This document shows positions 1-9,188 of a stretch of 64,000 nucleotides of DNA, piece after piece. The number at the start of each line of letters is the position of its first letter. The stretch's first letter is position 1. The notes below the pieces were generated by a model. It worked only from the letters and a program-made list of their open reading frames with translations. It had not been told where the DNA came from and did not search any database. The DNA is from Candidatus Omnitrophota bacterium. Lineage in GTDB: Bacteria; Omnitrophota; Gorgyraeia; Zapsychrales; Fredricksoniimonadaceae. The position numbers and the translations under genes were made by a program. The stretch lies in NCBI GenBank assembly GCA_903944345.1, contig CAJARJ010000005.1, positions 7,890-71,889 of the forward strand, given 5' to 3'.

Positions 1-900
1 ATCGGCCCCGGAAAACCCTTTGATACAGACAAATTTTTTATTATCTGTTCCAATGTCCTGGGCAGTTGTAAAGGAACTACCGGCCCGGCCTCTGTTGATC
101 CGGCGACCGGGCATCCTTACGGCCTGACATTCCCTGTCATAACCATTCACGATATGGTTGCGCTGCAAAAAATGCTTGTTGATCACCTGGGGATCGAACG
201 CTTGCTTTGTGTTGCCGGCGGGTCTATGGGAGGAATGCAGGCGCTCACCTGGGCGGCAACTTATCCCGATGCAGTTGCTTCGGCTATTGTTATCGCCGCC
301 TGTCACCGGCATACGGCCCAGCAGATTGCTTTTCATGAAGTCGGACGTCAGGCCGTAATGTCTGACCCCGACTGGCAATCCGGAAATTATTACGGGCATT
401 CCATTCCCAAACGCGGGCTCGCTGTGGCCCGTATGATCGGACATATCACCTATATGAGCTGGTCATCGATGGATAAGAAATTTGGCCGTAATCTGGTCGG
501 CAAGAACGTGAGTTACAACTTTTCCAAAGAATTTCAGGTCGAAGGTTATCTGGAGCACAGAGGCCAGACTTTTGTCGACCGGTTTGATGCCAACAGTTAT
601 CTGTATCTGACCAAGGCCATGGATTATTTTGATCTGACCGCCGAGGGTCGCAAGCTGACGGATGTTCTTCGCAATGTGGCCCAGGATTTGCTGATTATCA
701 GTTTTCAATCTGACTGGCTGTACCCTTCTGATCAGTCCAGAGAAATGGTGCGAGCACTTAAAGCCAATGATACCGATGTTTCTTATATAGAGATTAAGTC
801 GGATTATGGCCATGACGCTTTTCTTATGGAATGTCCGGACCAGGCACGCGCTATAACCAATTACCTGGCCAAGGTTTCTTTCGAAAGGAGAGAAACATGA
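1..900 (+). CDS. metX: Homoserine O-acetyltransferase MetX (5' end outside window)
   Basis: Open frame from position 1 (IGPGKPFDTDKFFIICSNVLG...) with alpha/beta-hydrolase MetX signature and GGSMGG nucleophile elbow; stop TGA at 898-900 overlaps the metW start. Confidence 0.9.
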   Translation: MGPGKPFDTDKFFIICSNVLGSCKGTTGPASVDPATGHPYGLTFPVITIHDMVALQKMLVDHLGIERLLCVAGGSMGGMQALTWAATYPDAVASAIVIAACHRHTAQQIAFHEVGRQAVMSDPDWQSGNYYGHSIPKRGLAVARMIGHITYMSWSSMDKKFGRNLVGKNVSYNFSKEFQVEGYLEHRGQTFVDRFDANSYLYLTKAMDYFDLTAEGRKLTDVLRNVAQDLLIISFQSDWLYPSDQSREMVRALKANDTDVSYIEIKSDYGHDAFLMECPDQARAITNYLAKVSFERRET

Positions 901-1481
901 TACGCCTGGATTACACTATCATTGCAGATATCATCCAACCCGGATCGCGGGTACTTGATCTGGGCTGCGGCAATGGAGAACTGCTGGCTTTGCTCAAACA
1001 ACAGAGGAATTGCCGCGGCACAGGAATAGAAATAGACGACCGTGCCGTTCTCAATGCTATGGAGCGAGGTGTTTCGGTGGCACACGGAGATCTGGATCGG
1101 GATCTGGATGTTTACGAAGATAAACGGTTTGATTATGTCATTCTCAACGAAAGCCTTCAGCAGGTTGTAAATATCGAAAAAGTTCTCGAGGATGCCCTGA
1201 GAATCGGCAGCAAAGTCATTGTGGGAATTCCTAATTTCTGCCATATCCGGGGTAGATTCCAGATATTTTTCAAAGGACAGGTTCCGGTCACTCCCAATCT
1301 GCCCTATAAATGGTACAATACCCCGAATCTGCGTTTCTTGAGCCTCAAGGATTTTCGTTTCTTCTGTCAGGAAAAGAGAATTACAATTGAGAAAGCTTGT
1401 TATATGTCTTCCGGGGAGAAAGTGCTTTGGCAATCCAATCTTTTTGCTGATTCCGGCATTTTTGTTCTTACCAAGGCCTGA
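897..1481 (+). CDS. metW: Methionine biosynthesis protein MetW
   Basis: ATG at 897 overlaps the metX stop (ATGA); RBS AAAGGAGAG upstream; MIRLDYTIIADIIQPGSRVLDLGCGNGELL methyltransferase-like MetW N-terminus; classic metXW pairing. Confidence 0.85.
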   Translation: MIRLDYTIIADIIQPGSRVLDLGCGNGELLALLKQQRNCRGTGIEIDDRAVLNAMERGVSVAHGDLDRDLDVYEDKRFDYVILNESLQQVVNIEKVLEDALRIGSKVIVGIPNFCHIRGRFQIFFKGQVPVTPNLPYKWYNTPNLRFLSLKDFRFFCQEKRITIEKACYMSSGEKVLWQSNLFADSGIFVLTKA

Positions 1482-1493
1482 TGTCCTTCTTTT

Positions 1494-2822
1494 ATGAACG
1501 AAACATTTTCAGTCAGCGAACTTAATCAGTTTCTCAAAGATATTCTTTCTGCCGGCATGCCGCGCTCTTTCTGGATCTGCGGAGAGGTGCAAGGGTATGA
1601 CCGCAATAAAGGCCGCCAGCATTTGTTCTTTGAGCTGGTTGAAAAAGATCCCCTCACTAACGAGATCAGGGCTCGGGCCAGCGCTGTCATATGGGGAGGG
1701 GTTCGTCAGAAAATCGAAACGGTGCTCAAACGTAGCGAGAATGCTTTTGAGATCAAAGATGATATCGAAATCCGTATCTTGTGCAAACTCGATTTATATG
1801 TCCCTCATGGCGCGATACGATTGATCGTTGAAAATATTGATCCAGTGCACACTTTGGGGAAAATTTCCCAGGATCGCCAGAAACTGATTGCCGAATTGAC
1901 TGCTTCCGGGATTCTGGAGAAAAACAAGGCACTTGCTTTCCCCCAGGTTCCCTTGCGCGTTGGACTGGTGACGGCCTATGATTCAGCGGCATATAATGAT
2001 TTTCTGGGTGAACTCAGAGGATCAGGTTTCAACTTTAAAGTGTTTTATGTCGGAGCCCTCATGCAAGGCAAAGGGTGCGAACCTTCGGTTTGCGCCGCAA
2101 TACAAACACTCAATCGAAAAAAGGACCTTGATGTCATAGTAGTTACAAGAGGAGGGGGATCAATAGCTGAACTCAGCTGTTTTGATTCAAAAGCTATTGC
2201 CCTTGCTGTTGCCGGATCTAGGTATCCTGTTCTTAGCGGGATCGGTCACGAAATCAATACCACTATTACCGACCTGGCTGCGCACACTTTTGTCAAAACA
2301 CCGACAGCTGCCGCCCAGTATCTTATTGCACAGGCAGCCGCCTTCGACCGGCTTGTTGATGAGCGCATGTCCAGCATCTGCCGCAGGGCAAATGAGTGTG
2401 TTAAAGATAATATGAACAGAGTCCGCAAGAATGCTTTTCGTCTTCAGCAGGCCTCTTCGCTCTTTTTTCGTGATATTCGCAGCAAGCATGTTCGCCTGGA
2501 AGAATTCTGTCGCAATCGTTCCGCATTACTGCTTCGGCAACAGGACGAGCATCTCGTACGCCTGTCCCTGCAGTTAAACAAGACAATTCATTTGCGATTG
2601 ACCAGTGCAGGAACTAAAATAGCAGCAATCGAAAAAATGATTGAACTGGCTTCTCCAATCAAGATTATGCGCAGAGGTTTTTCAATTGTACGTAACAAAA
2701 ACGGGCGGATCGTTCGGTCAATCCAGGACGCCCGCCAACAAGACATCTTGACTAACGAAGTTCCCGATGGCATTATCATCAGCCAGATTACCGGAGTCAG
2801 CAAGGAGATTGCCCGTGAATGA
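1494..2822 (+). CDS. xseA: Exodeoxyribonuclease VII large subunit
   Basis: 442 aa; N-terminal OB-fold (FWICGEVQGY) and XseA catalytic region; followed by a small-subunit gene. Confidence 0.9.
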   Translation: MNETFSVSELNQFLKDILSAGMPRSFWICGEVQGYDRNKGRQHLFFELVEKDPLTNEIRARASAVIWGGVRQKIETVLKRSENAFEIKDDIEIRILCKLDLYVPHGAIRLIVENIDPVHTLGKISQDRQKLIAELTASGILEKNKALAFPQVPLRVGLVTAYDSAAYNDFLGELRGSGFNFKVFYVGALMQGKGCEPSVCAAIQTLNRKKDLDVIVVTRGGGSIAELSCFDSKAIALAVAGSRYPVLSGIGHEINTTITDLAAHTFVKTPTAAAQYLIAQAAAFDRLVDERMSSICRRANECVKDNMNRVRKNAFRLQQASSLFFRDIRSKHVRLEEFCRNRSALLLRQQDEHLVRLSLQLNKTIHLRLTSAGTKIAAIEKMIELASPIKIMRRGFSIVRNKNGRIVRSIQDARQQDILTNEVPDGIIISQITGVSKEIARE

Positions 2823-3018
2823 CATGAAATATTCCAAGGCCATGAACCGTCTTGAAGAAATCATGAAAGATATCGAGAACGAAGATGTTGATGTCGATGA
2901 AATTTCCCTCAAGGTCAAGGAGGCCGTAGCTTTGGTCAAACTTTGCAAGGAAAAGGTCCTCAAGGCCGAGATCGAGGTTAAAGAGGTAGTTGACGGTTTT
3001 GATAAGGATAATATCTGA
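2815..3018 (+). CDS. xseB: Exodeoxyribonuclease VII small subunit (start GTG 2815 or ATG 2824)
   Basis: ~65 aa helical protein (SKAMNRLEEIMKDIEN..., acidic tail) directly after xseA; GGAG at 2804-2807 favours GTG 2815. Confidence 0.8.
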   Translation: MNDMKYSKAMNRLEEIMKDIENEDVDVDEISLKVKEAVALVKLCKEKVLKAEIEVKEVVDGFDKDNI

Positions 3019-3031
3019 GAGGAGTTGATAT

Positions 3032-3301
3032 ATGTTTTGGTTCTGCGTTTTTATTGCAGTTATACTTACTGCCATCCTGGCTGTTCAGATTTACTGGGTG
3101 TTTGTAATGCAGAAAGCCCAGAAACAGTATCTGCAGGAAGCCAAAGAGAACGGACGACCGACCATGTGGGATGTTCGGGAGGTTCTTAAAGAAGGTGATC
3201 GTGATCTGGCTGTTCAGCTCTATTGCGAAATCTTCTCAATTGAGGACATCGAGCGCGCCCGTAAAGAAGTGGATGAACTCGGACGCAGTCTGAATCTCTG
3301 A
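3032..3301 (+). CDS. Hypothetical small membrane protein (N-terminal TM helix)
   Basis: ATG 3032 preceded by GAGAGGAG; hydrophobic N-terminus then charged helical tail; no family recognised. Confidence 0.4.
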   Translation: MFWFCVFIAVILTAILAVQIYWVFVMQKAQKQYLQEAKENGRPTMWDVREVLKEGDRDLAVQLYCEIFSIEDIERARKEVDELGRSLNL

Positions 3302-3303
3302 AT

Positions 3304-3618
3304 ATGTCGAAATGGCACACAGTCGCCTCAGTTGATTCAGTGGTTGACGGCAAAGGGATATCGGTTACTGTCCCTGGACGCCGTAAGCCTCTGGCTTTGT
3401 TTAAATCAGCAGGCCATTTCTATGCTGTCAATAACGAATGTCCACATGCGTACGCACCTTTGTCCGGTAGTTCGATAACTAACGGAATCATAACCTGCTG
3501 CTGGCACGGAGCGAAGTTCGACGCCCGTACCGGAAAACCACTGGATACCGCAGCCTATTCGGATTTGGCCACTTTTCCGGTGCGACTTTCCGGAAACGAT
3601 GTTCAGATAGAATTCTAG
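3304..3618 (+). CDS. Rieske [2Fe-2S] domain protein (NirD-like small ferredoxin)
   Basis: CPH...(17 aa)...CCWH Rieske motif pair (ECPHAYAPL / ITCCWHGAKFD). Confidence 0.7.
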   Translation: MSKWHTVASVDSVVDGKGISVTVPGRRKPLALFKSAGHFYAVNNECPHAYAPLSGSSITNGIITCCWHGAKFDARTGKPLDTAAYSDLATFPVRLSGNDVQIEF

Positions 3619-3655
3619 TCTGCTTTAATTTCACACAAGCAACCGGAGCCTTTTT

Positions 3656-4006
3656 ATGTCTGATTGTGTTTTCTGCAGGAATCTGCCCAAGATAATAGAA
3701 AATGATCTGGCTTATGCCATTTATGATATCAATCCGGTCTCGGACGGACATGCTTTGATTATTCCCAAAAGACACACCAGTGACATCTTTGAAGTTACAG
3801 CAGAAGAAAACACTGCAATGCAGGAACTTCTCGCACTCATGAGAGAACGTATTATTTCAAAGTATGCCCCGGATGGTTTTAATATCTGGAGCAATTTCGG
3901 TAAAGCCGCGGGGCAAGTGGTCATGCATACCCATATACATCTAATCCCTCGTTACAGTGGCAGGGTGCTGCATATCAAGGACCATCTCAAGGGCAATATC
4001 GAATAA
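3656..4006 (+). CDS. HIT-family hydrolase
   Basis: Histidine-triad motif HTHIHLIP near the C-terminus; GGAG RBS at 3645. Confidence 0.8.
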   Translation: MSDCVFCRNLPKIIENDLAYAIYDINPVSDGHALIIPKRHTSDIFEVTAEENTAMQELLALMRERIISKYAPDGFNIWSNFGKAAGQVVMHTHIHLIPRYSGRVLHIKDHLKGNIE

Positions 4007-4929
4007 TGAGTCTTACGCATTCCGGGGGTTTTGTTTTTATGAATGCAAAACAAACTGCAGGCTCCTGGTTTCTGGCAACTCGTCCTCAAACACTCTGGGC
4101 TTCAGCGTCTCCGGTCATTATCGGAACAGCCTTGGCCTATCGGGACGGCGGCTTTCATCTGTCATCTGCTCTTGCGGCGTTATGCGGGGCTTTACTGATC
4201 CAGATTGGCACTAATTTTGCCAACGATTATTTTGACACTCAGAACAAAATTGACCAGCCCGGAAGCCATGAGCCGATAAGAATCACCCAGGGAACGCTGC
4301 TTCCTGCAGCGACAATCAGACTGGCTTTTACTCTTGTTTTTCTGGCTGTTTTGCCATTTGCTTACTTTCTGACTTTGCGTGCCGGCTTGCCGATTCTCTT
4401 TCTTGGCATTATTTCGATCTTCTTTGGTTTCTTTTACAGTGCCGGGCCGCGTCCATTCTCACATCTTGGACTCGGGGATATTCTGGTTCTTGTCTTTTTC
4501 GGTCCGGTAGCAGTTGGCGCTACTTATTATTGTCAGGCTTTGACAATAAACGGCACTGTTTTTCTGGCAGGCTTGTCCTGCGGGTTTCTTTCAACCGCGA
4601 TCATGGTCGTAAATAATCTACGTGACATTAAAACCGACCGTCTGGCAGGGAAGATCACGCTTGCGGTCCGTTATGGGGAACGTTTTACGCGCTATGAGTA
4701 TGTTTTCTGCCTCCTGGCGGCCAGTGCGGTTGTTCCGCTTCTTATGGTGCTGTCCAAAGATGGCAGTTTCCTGAAACTTATACCGGCGGCCTTTATTTTT
4801 GCATGCATACCCCTGATTCACGATTTACATATGAGCAAAACGCCTGAAGATCTTAATATGGTTTTGTCCGCAACCGGACAAGTGCTTTCTGTTTTTACAC
4901 TCCTTTTTTCAATTCTATGGATACTATAA
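4006..4929 (+). CDS. menA: 1,4-dihydroxy-2-naphthoate octaprenyltransferase (UbiA family)
   Basis: Polytopic membrane protein with NDYFD prenyltransferase motif; start overlaps the HIT stop (TAATG). Confidence 0.8.
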   Translation: MSLTHSGGFVFMNAKQTAGSWFLATRPQTLWASASPVIIGTALAYRDGGFHLSSALAALCGALLIQIGTNFANDYFDTQNKIDQPGSHEPIRITQGTLLPAATIRLAFTLVFLAVLPFAYFLTLRAGLPILFLGIISIFFGFFYSAGPRPFSHLGLGDILVLVFFGPVAVGATYYCQALTINGTVFLAGLSCGFLSTAIMVVNNLRDIKTDRLAGKITLAVRYGERFTRYEYVFCLLAASAVVPLLMVLSKDGSFLKLIPAAFIFACIPLIHDLHMSKTPEDLNMVLSATGQVLSVFTLLFSILWIL

Positions 4930-6017
4930 AAATTGTTGCTGTTAATCTCTACAATGTTTCCTGTGGCTTGCGTAAACCGTTTACGTCCCGCGGAGTGGTT
5001 ACCAGTCAGCGGCATTCCATTCTGGTTCAGTTTATAGGTGATAACGGGGAAATGGGCTTTGGTGAGGCATCACCCCTTGAGGGCTTCAGTCCAGAATCCC
5101 TGAAAAAGGCCCGCCATCAAATGAGCCTCCTAGCCAAAGAATGGAAGAATCGTAATGTCCCCTGTAAGGGCGAAGAGCTTGTTCTTTTTTTACGGTCGGC
5201 CTTTGACAGGACTGTTAACGCTTCCTCGGTCATTTTCGCCTTCGAATCTGCCGCCATAACAATGGTCGCCCGCTTCAAAAATGTTGCGCCTTGCGAAATT
5301 TTGCATGCCGGGAGCACCCGTTCCGTCCCTTCAGCCGGTCTTTTGCAAGGAAGTGTTAGTGAAGTGGTCGATGAGGCAAGACTCCTCAAGTCTCGTGGAT
5401 ATTCTGTCTTCAAACTGAAAGTCGGGTCAAGAAATATTCCTCTTGATGTCCAAAAAGTTGAAGAAACAAAGTTGGCTATCGGCCCTCAGGGACGGCTGCG
5501 ACTTGACGCGGATCGTTCCTGGCATTTTGACGAAGCTCTGCTATTTGCCCAAAACATTGGTAAGAACCAGATCGAGTTTATTGAAGATCCCTGTTTATCG
5601 CAAGATCAGTGGAACAGGTTTGTCCGTTTGTCTGATATCCCGGTTGCTGCCGATGAGTTTTTGTCCGGTACGGATAATTTGTCGCGGAAGAACATGGAAA
5701 CCATCCCGTACCTGATTATTAAACCCACTGTGTGCGGCGGAGTCATTGCTGCGTTACAGTTGATGAAAAAAGCTGCGCAGAACGGACAAAAAGTTATCAT
5801 CAGCTCTTCTTTTGAGTCGGGTGTAGGCTTAAGGATGCTGGCCAATCTGGGCTGTTTATCCGGTCAGGCGGCGGGTCTTGGCACCAGTGAATGGCTGCAA
5901 CAAGACATTCTTTCACAGCCGCTGGTTGCATCCGGGGGAATAATCACAGTCCCGGCGCTGGCTCTGAATGTTGACCTTTTTAGAACTGACATCAAGGCAT
6001 CTTTGGCTACTTTCTGA
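4917..6017 (+). CDS. menC: o-Succinylbenzoate synthase (enolase superfamily, MLE subgroup)
   Basis: KLKVG, LRLDADRSW, IEDP and IIKP catalytic motifs of OSBS/MenC; sits between menA and a menE-like gene. Confidence 0.75.
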   Translation: MDTIKIVAVNLYNVSCGLRKPFTSRGVVTSQRHSILVQFIGDNGEMGFGEASPLEGFSPESLKKARHQMSLLAKEWKNRNVPCKGEELVLFLRSAFDRTVNASSVIFAFESAAITMVARFKNVAPCEILHAGSTRSVPSAGLLQGSVSEVVDEARLLKSRGYSVFKLKVGSRNIPLDVQKVEETKLAIGPQGRLRLDADRSWHFDEALLFAQNIGKNQIEFIEDPCLSQDQWNRFVRLSDIPVAADEFLSGTDNLSRKNMETIPYLIIKPTVCGGVIAALQLMKKAAQNGQKVIISSSFESGVGLRMLANLGCLSGQAAGLGTSEWLQQDILSQPLVASGGIITVPALALNVDLFRTDIKASLATF

Positions 6018-6895
6018 TGGATTGTCCTGTTGCCTTTCATGCCCGGGAGAATCCGGATCGTATCGCCCTTTTATGGGGAAAGCGCAGCCTTTCCTGGGGG
6101 AATCTCAATGACTATGTTCATGGGACTTGCAGGGCGCTGAAAGAAATCGGCGTCAGGCCCAACAACCGCTTCGCTGTTTTGTCTACCAACACCCTTGAAA
6201 CGATTATTATACTTCTTTCTGCCTGGCGGGCAGGCGCGTCTGTTCTGGTTCTTGATCCGGCCTTATCTTTGTCTATCGGACGAAAAATTCTTGACCAGTA
6301 TAAAATTGACCTGCTTTTTTCTGATACCAAAGATTATAAGGCCTTTTCAGGACAACGCCGGACAGTCATTCTCAACAAGGTTATTTGCAAACATAACGAT
6401 TTATTCCTTTCCCATAAATTGCCCGGTATTAATCCCGATTCCAGCGGTCTGCTGCTTGTTCGTAATGCCGCCCAGGAACTGGCTGCATACAACACGGTCG
6501 ATTATGGACAACTGTTTCATTGTGCCGAAGAAGATAATCAAAAGACTGCCTATGGATCCACAAAAATCTGGTTATTACCGTTCCCTTTGCATCATATATG
6601 GGGACAACGAATTCTTTTCAGAGGGCTGGCTGGCGGGGGAGCAATTGTTTTGCCGGAATTCGAGTCGGACTTTCTTAACGATCCCGCACAATTTTCCATA
6701 ACACTCGGATTCTATAAAATTACTCATATATTCTGCCCTTTAGTGCAGTTGGGTGAACTCGTTAGGAATTCGGCTGTTTTAGCTTCTTTACGCTGTCTGG
6801 ATGCCATTCTTGTTGAACAAGGATCGCCGGATTCCACGTTATTGGATAAAGCTTCCGGCCTTTCAATACCCTTAGTGGTCAGTATTAACGGATAG
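6017..6895 (+). CDS. MenE-like AMP-binding protein, truncated and degenerate (292 aa; P-loop lost, C-terminal domain absent)
   Basis: Aligns to the MenE N-terminal domain (LSWGNLNDYVHGTCRALKEIGV..., LPFPLHHIWGQ ~ LPLFHVSGQ) but TSGSTGxPK is replaced by NPDSSGLLLV; ends ~150 aa short, with only 119 nt before the next gene. Confidence 0.5.
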   Translation: MDCPVAFHARENPDRIALLWGKRSLSWGNLNDYVHGTCRALKEIGVRPNNRFAVLSTNTLETIIILLSAWRAGASVLVLDPALSLSIGRKILDQYKIDLLFSDTKDYKAFSGQRRTVILNKVICKHNDLFLSHKLPGINPDSSGLLLVRNAAQELAAYNTVDYGQLFHCAEEDNQKTAYGSTKIWLLPFPLHHIWGQRILFRGLAGGGAIVLPEFESDFLNDPAQFSITLGFYKITHIFCPLVQLGELVRNSAVLASLRCLDAILVEQGSPDSTLLDKASGLSIPLVVSING

Positions 6896-6947
6896 TTAGG
6901 CTATTTCTTTTGAAGATTGCTTGCAACCGCAGAGACTTATAAAGTTC

Positions 6948-6976
6948 TTGTCGCTTGCCTGTAGAGGGAATAGAAT
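6948..6976 (+). promoter_or_regulatory. Putative sigma70 promoter (TTGTCG-17-TAGAAT) for the downstream thioesterase
   Basis: Hexamers read directly with 17-nt spacer, ~40 nt before ATG 7015. Confidence 0.25.
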
Positions 6977-7014
6977 GTAATAGTTATCGGCTAATCCAAA
7001 ACTGAAAGTAAGAA

Positions 7015-7422
7015 ATGTTTATTTATTACACGCAGATCAGTCTTCATCATACAGACGCTTTTGGCAGGCTTTTTTTCGCCCGACAGTTTGACCTTGTTTA
7101 CGAGGCTAAAGAGAAACTTTTCGAACAAATCGGCCTTTCTGTGCCATATATGCTGGCCCTTAAAGAACTGGACTTCCCGCTAGTCCATGCCGAGTCGGAT
7201 TATAAGGCTGTTCTTTTGCCAGGAGACAAGATCACCATAGATGTTAACATTGATAAGATCGGTGAGACATCGGTGATTTTTTCGTATCTCATCAAAAAAG
7301 CTGACGGGACCATAGCCGGCACAGCCAAAACAGTCAATGTTTGTGTCAATAAACAAACAAACCAGAAAGCCCGGGTCCCCGAACTGTGGAGAGAGAAACT
7401 TCTCTCTCAAGCCCTGTTGTAA
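7015..7422 (+). CDS. Hotdog-fold acyl-CoA thioesterase (4HBT/YbgC-like; candidate DHNA-CoA thioesterase MenI)
   Basis: 135 aa; N-terminal YYTQISLHHTDAFGRLFFARQFD hotdog signature; placed at the end of the men cluster. Confidence 0.6.
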   Translation: MFIYYTQISLHHTDAFGRLFFARQFDLVYEAKEKLFEQIGLSVPYMLALKELDFPLVHAESDYKAVLLPGDKITIDVNIDKIGETSVIFSYLIKKADGTIAGTAKTVNVCVNKQTNQKARVPELWREKLLSQALL

Positions 7423-7487
7423 GTATTCTCGTTTCCATACGACCAACAGTAAAATTCACATCACACTATCAATCGTGGAGGACGTAT

Positions 7488-8135
7488 ATGTCTTACAAAT
7501 TGCCCCAGTTAAAATATTCTTACGACGCACTCGAACCTTTCATTGATGCCAAGACTATGGAAACTCATCACTCCAAACATCATCAGACCTATGTTGACCG
7601 CTTTAATGCGGCTATTGCCGGAAAACCTGATCTTGAGAAGATTGACGGTGAAACTCTGATTGCCAATATTGACCAGGTTCCTGAAGACATTCGTACTGCA
7701 GTGCGTAACAACGGTGGCGGTGCGGTCAACCATACTTTCTATTGGGATATTATTGCCCCCAAAGCAGGAGGAGAACCCCAGGGACATATTGGCGATGCTA
7801 TTAACACATTATTCGGCTCTTTCGCCGGATTCAAAGCCAAGTTTTCTGATGCTGCGGTGACACAGTTTGGCTCCGGATGGGCCTGGCTGGTTTCAGCCAA
7901 AGACGGCAAGTTGGAAATTGTAAAGACGGCCAATCAGGACACCCCCTTATCCTCAGGGAAAAAACCGCTTCTGGCAATAGATGTATGGGAACACGCCTAT
8001 TATTTGAAATATCAAAATCGTCGCCCTGAATATGTAGAAGCATTTTTCAATGTTATTAATTGGCGACGGGTAGATGAATTGTATACTTTTGCTAAAAATA
8101 GCAGCAAGCCATCTTGCGGCTGTTCCTGTTGCTAA
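7488..8135 (+). CDS. Fe/Mn-family superoxide dismutase with cysteine-rich C-terminal tail
   Basis: HHSKHH, NHTFYW and DVWEHAYY metal-ligand motifs; GGAGGA RBS; ends ...FAKNSSKPSCGCSCC. Confidence 0.9.
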   Translation: MSYKLPQLKYSYDALEPFIDAKTMETHHSKHHQTYVDRFNAAIAGKPDLEKIDGETLIANIDQVPEDIRTAVRNNGGGAVNHTFYWDIIAPKAGGEPQGHIGDAINTLFGSFAGFKAKFSDAAVTQFGSGWAWLVSAKDGKLEIVKTANQDTPLSSGKKPLLAIDVWEHAYYLKYQNRRPEYVEAFFNVINWRRVDELYTFAKNSSKPSCGCSCC

Positions 8136-8217
8136 ATATGGAGTGTGAATGTAATATGTGTCTTTTAATAAAACTCTGTTTTGAATTCTGATAACTATAA
8201 TATCCTCAGGATTCTCA

Positions 8218-8250
8218 AGAAAAAGCGGTTTAATCCGCTTTTTCTTTTTT
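8218..8250 (+). terminator. Rho-independent terminator after sod
   Basis: AAAAAGCGG-tttaat-CCGCTTTTT hairpin followed by CTTTTTT. Confidence 0.6.
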
Positions 8251-8293
8251 CTGGTATCTTTAACAATAATATTTCGCAGGAAAGACTTTATTA

Positions 8294-9001
8294 ATGATGA
8301 AATCATGGAAAATCCCCGCACGGTATCAACCCAAGGGATTCAAAATAATTTATGAGGACGCCGATCTTATTGTAGGCGAAAAGTCGCCGGGTATACTGAC
8401 TGTCGCGGCAGCATGGGAACGAGTGAACACCGTTCATCACGCTTTGAATCTTTACGTGCGTAAAGGCAACTCCAGATCACGCAAATCGGTTTTTGTTGTT
8501 CATCGCCTGGATCAGGCGACTTCCGGGTTGCTGATCTTTGCTAAAAGTGAAGCCGTCTGCCAGAAACTTAAGAGCGAATGGAAGAATGTGCGTAAAACAT
8601 ATTTCACGGTCGTACATGGCCGGCTTAACGTCCTTTCCGGAGAGATATCAAGCTTTCTTCAGGAAGATGAGGATTACATGGTGCATGTAACCGATCAGGA
8701 TGATAAAGCTAAATTTGCTATTACAAGATACACTGTTGTCGCGTCTGCTCATTTATTCAGCCTGCTCAAGATTGATCTGGTGACGGGCAGAAAGAATCAA
8801 ATCCGGGTGCACATGGCCTCGGAAGGCCATCCTGTTGTGGGTGACGGGAAATACGGCCCGGCGCAAAAGAAACATTCGCGACTGGCCCTGCATTCGCAAG
8901 CCTTAGCGTTCAATCATCCGGTAACTGGTGAACCCATGCTTTTCGATTCCGCTGTTCCGGCATATTTTTATCAATTGGTTCCAGCGAATTTGCTCCCTTA
9001 A
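8294..9001 (+). CDS. RluA-family pseudouridine synthase
   Basis: HRLDQATSGLLIFAK catalytic-Asp motif; no S4 domain. Confidence 0.8.
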   Translation: MMKSWKIPARYQPKGFKIIYEDADLIVGEKSPGILTVAAAWERVNTVHHALNLYVRKGNSRSRKSVFVVHRLDQATSGLLIFAKSEAVCQKLKSEWKNVRKTYFTVVHGRLNVLSGEISSFLQEDEDYMVHVTDQDDKAKFAITRYTVVASAHLFSLLKIDLVTGRKNQIRVHMASEGHPVVGDGKYGPAQKKHSRLALHSQALAFNHPVTGEPMLFDSAVPAYFYQLVPANLLP

Positions 9002-9026
9002 TTGAAAAGTTTTTTAAAAAACTTTC

Positions 9027-9049
9027 TTTTTATTGTATTGTGTTATAAT
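9027..9049 (+). promoter_or_regulatory. Putative extended -10 promoter (TGtTATAAT) for the RRM protein gene
   Basis: TG-n-TATAAT at 9041-9049; poor -35; gives a ~130-nt leader. Confidence 0.3.
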
Positions 9050-9188
9050 TGTAACAAATTTTTAAAAGGCTATGTGTTGAGCTCAGGAAGGTGAGGGAAG
9101 GGATAAACAGCCACGCATACCAACAAAGTTTTTGCTAAGTTACCAGGTGCCTAATTTGGGCACAATTATACTAAACAGGAGAGACAGG

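Noticed and set aside
6195-6701. 168-aa alternative-frame + ORF inside the menE-like gene, examined as a possible frameshifted continuation of MenE
   Set aside because: Its translation (MKRLLYFFLPGGQARLFWFL...) has no AMP-binding motifs, and it lies inside the MenE-like ORF rather than downstream of it. The missing MenE C-terminal domain is absent from all frames because only 119 nt separate the stop from the next gene.
9007-9024. Perfect A/T-only palindrome AAGTTTTTTAAAAAACTT after the rluA stop
   Set aside because: A pure A/T stem is too weak to call a terminator or operator with any confidence; noted only as part of the rbp leader region.
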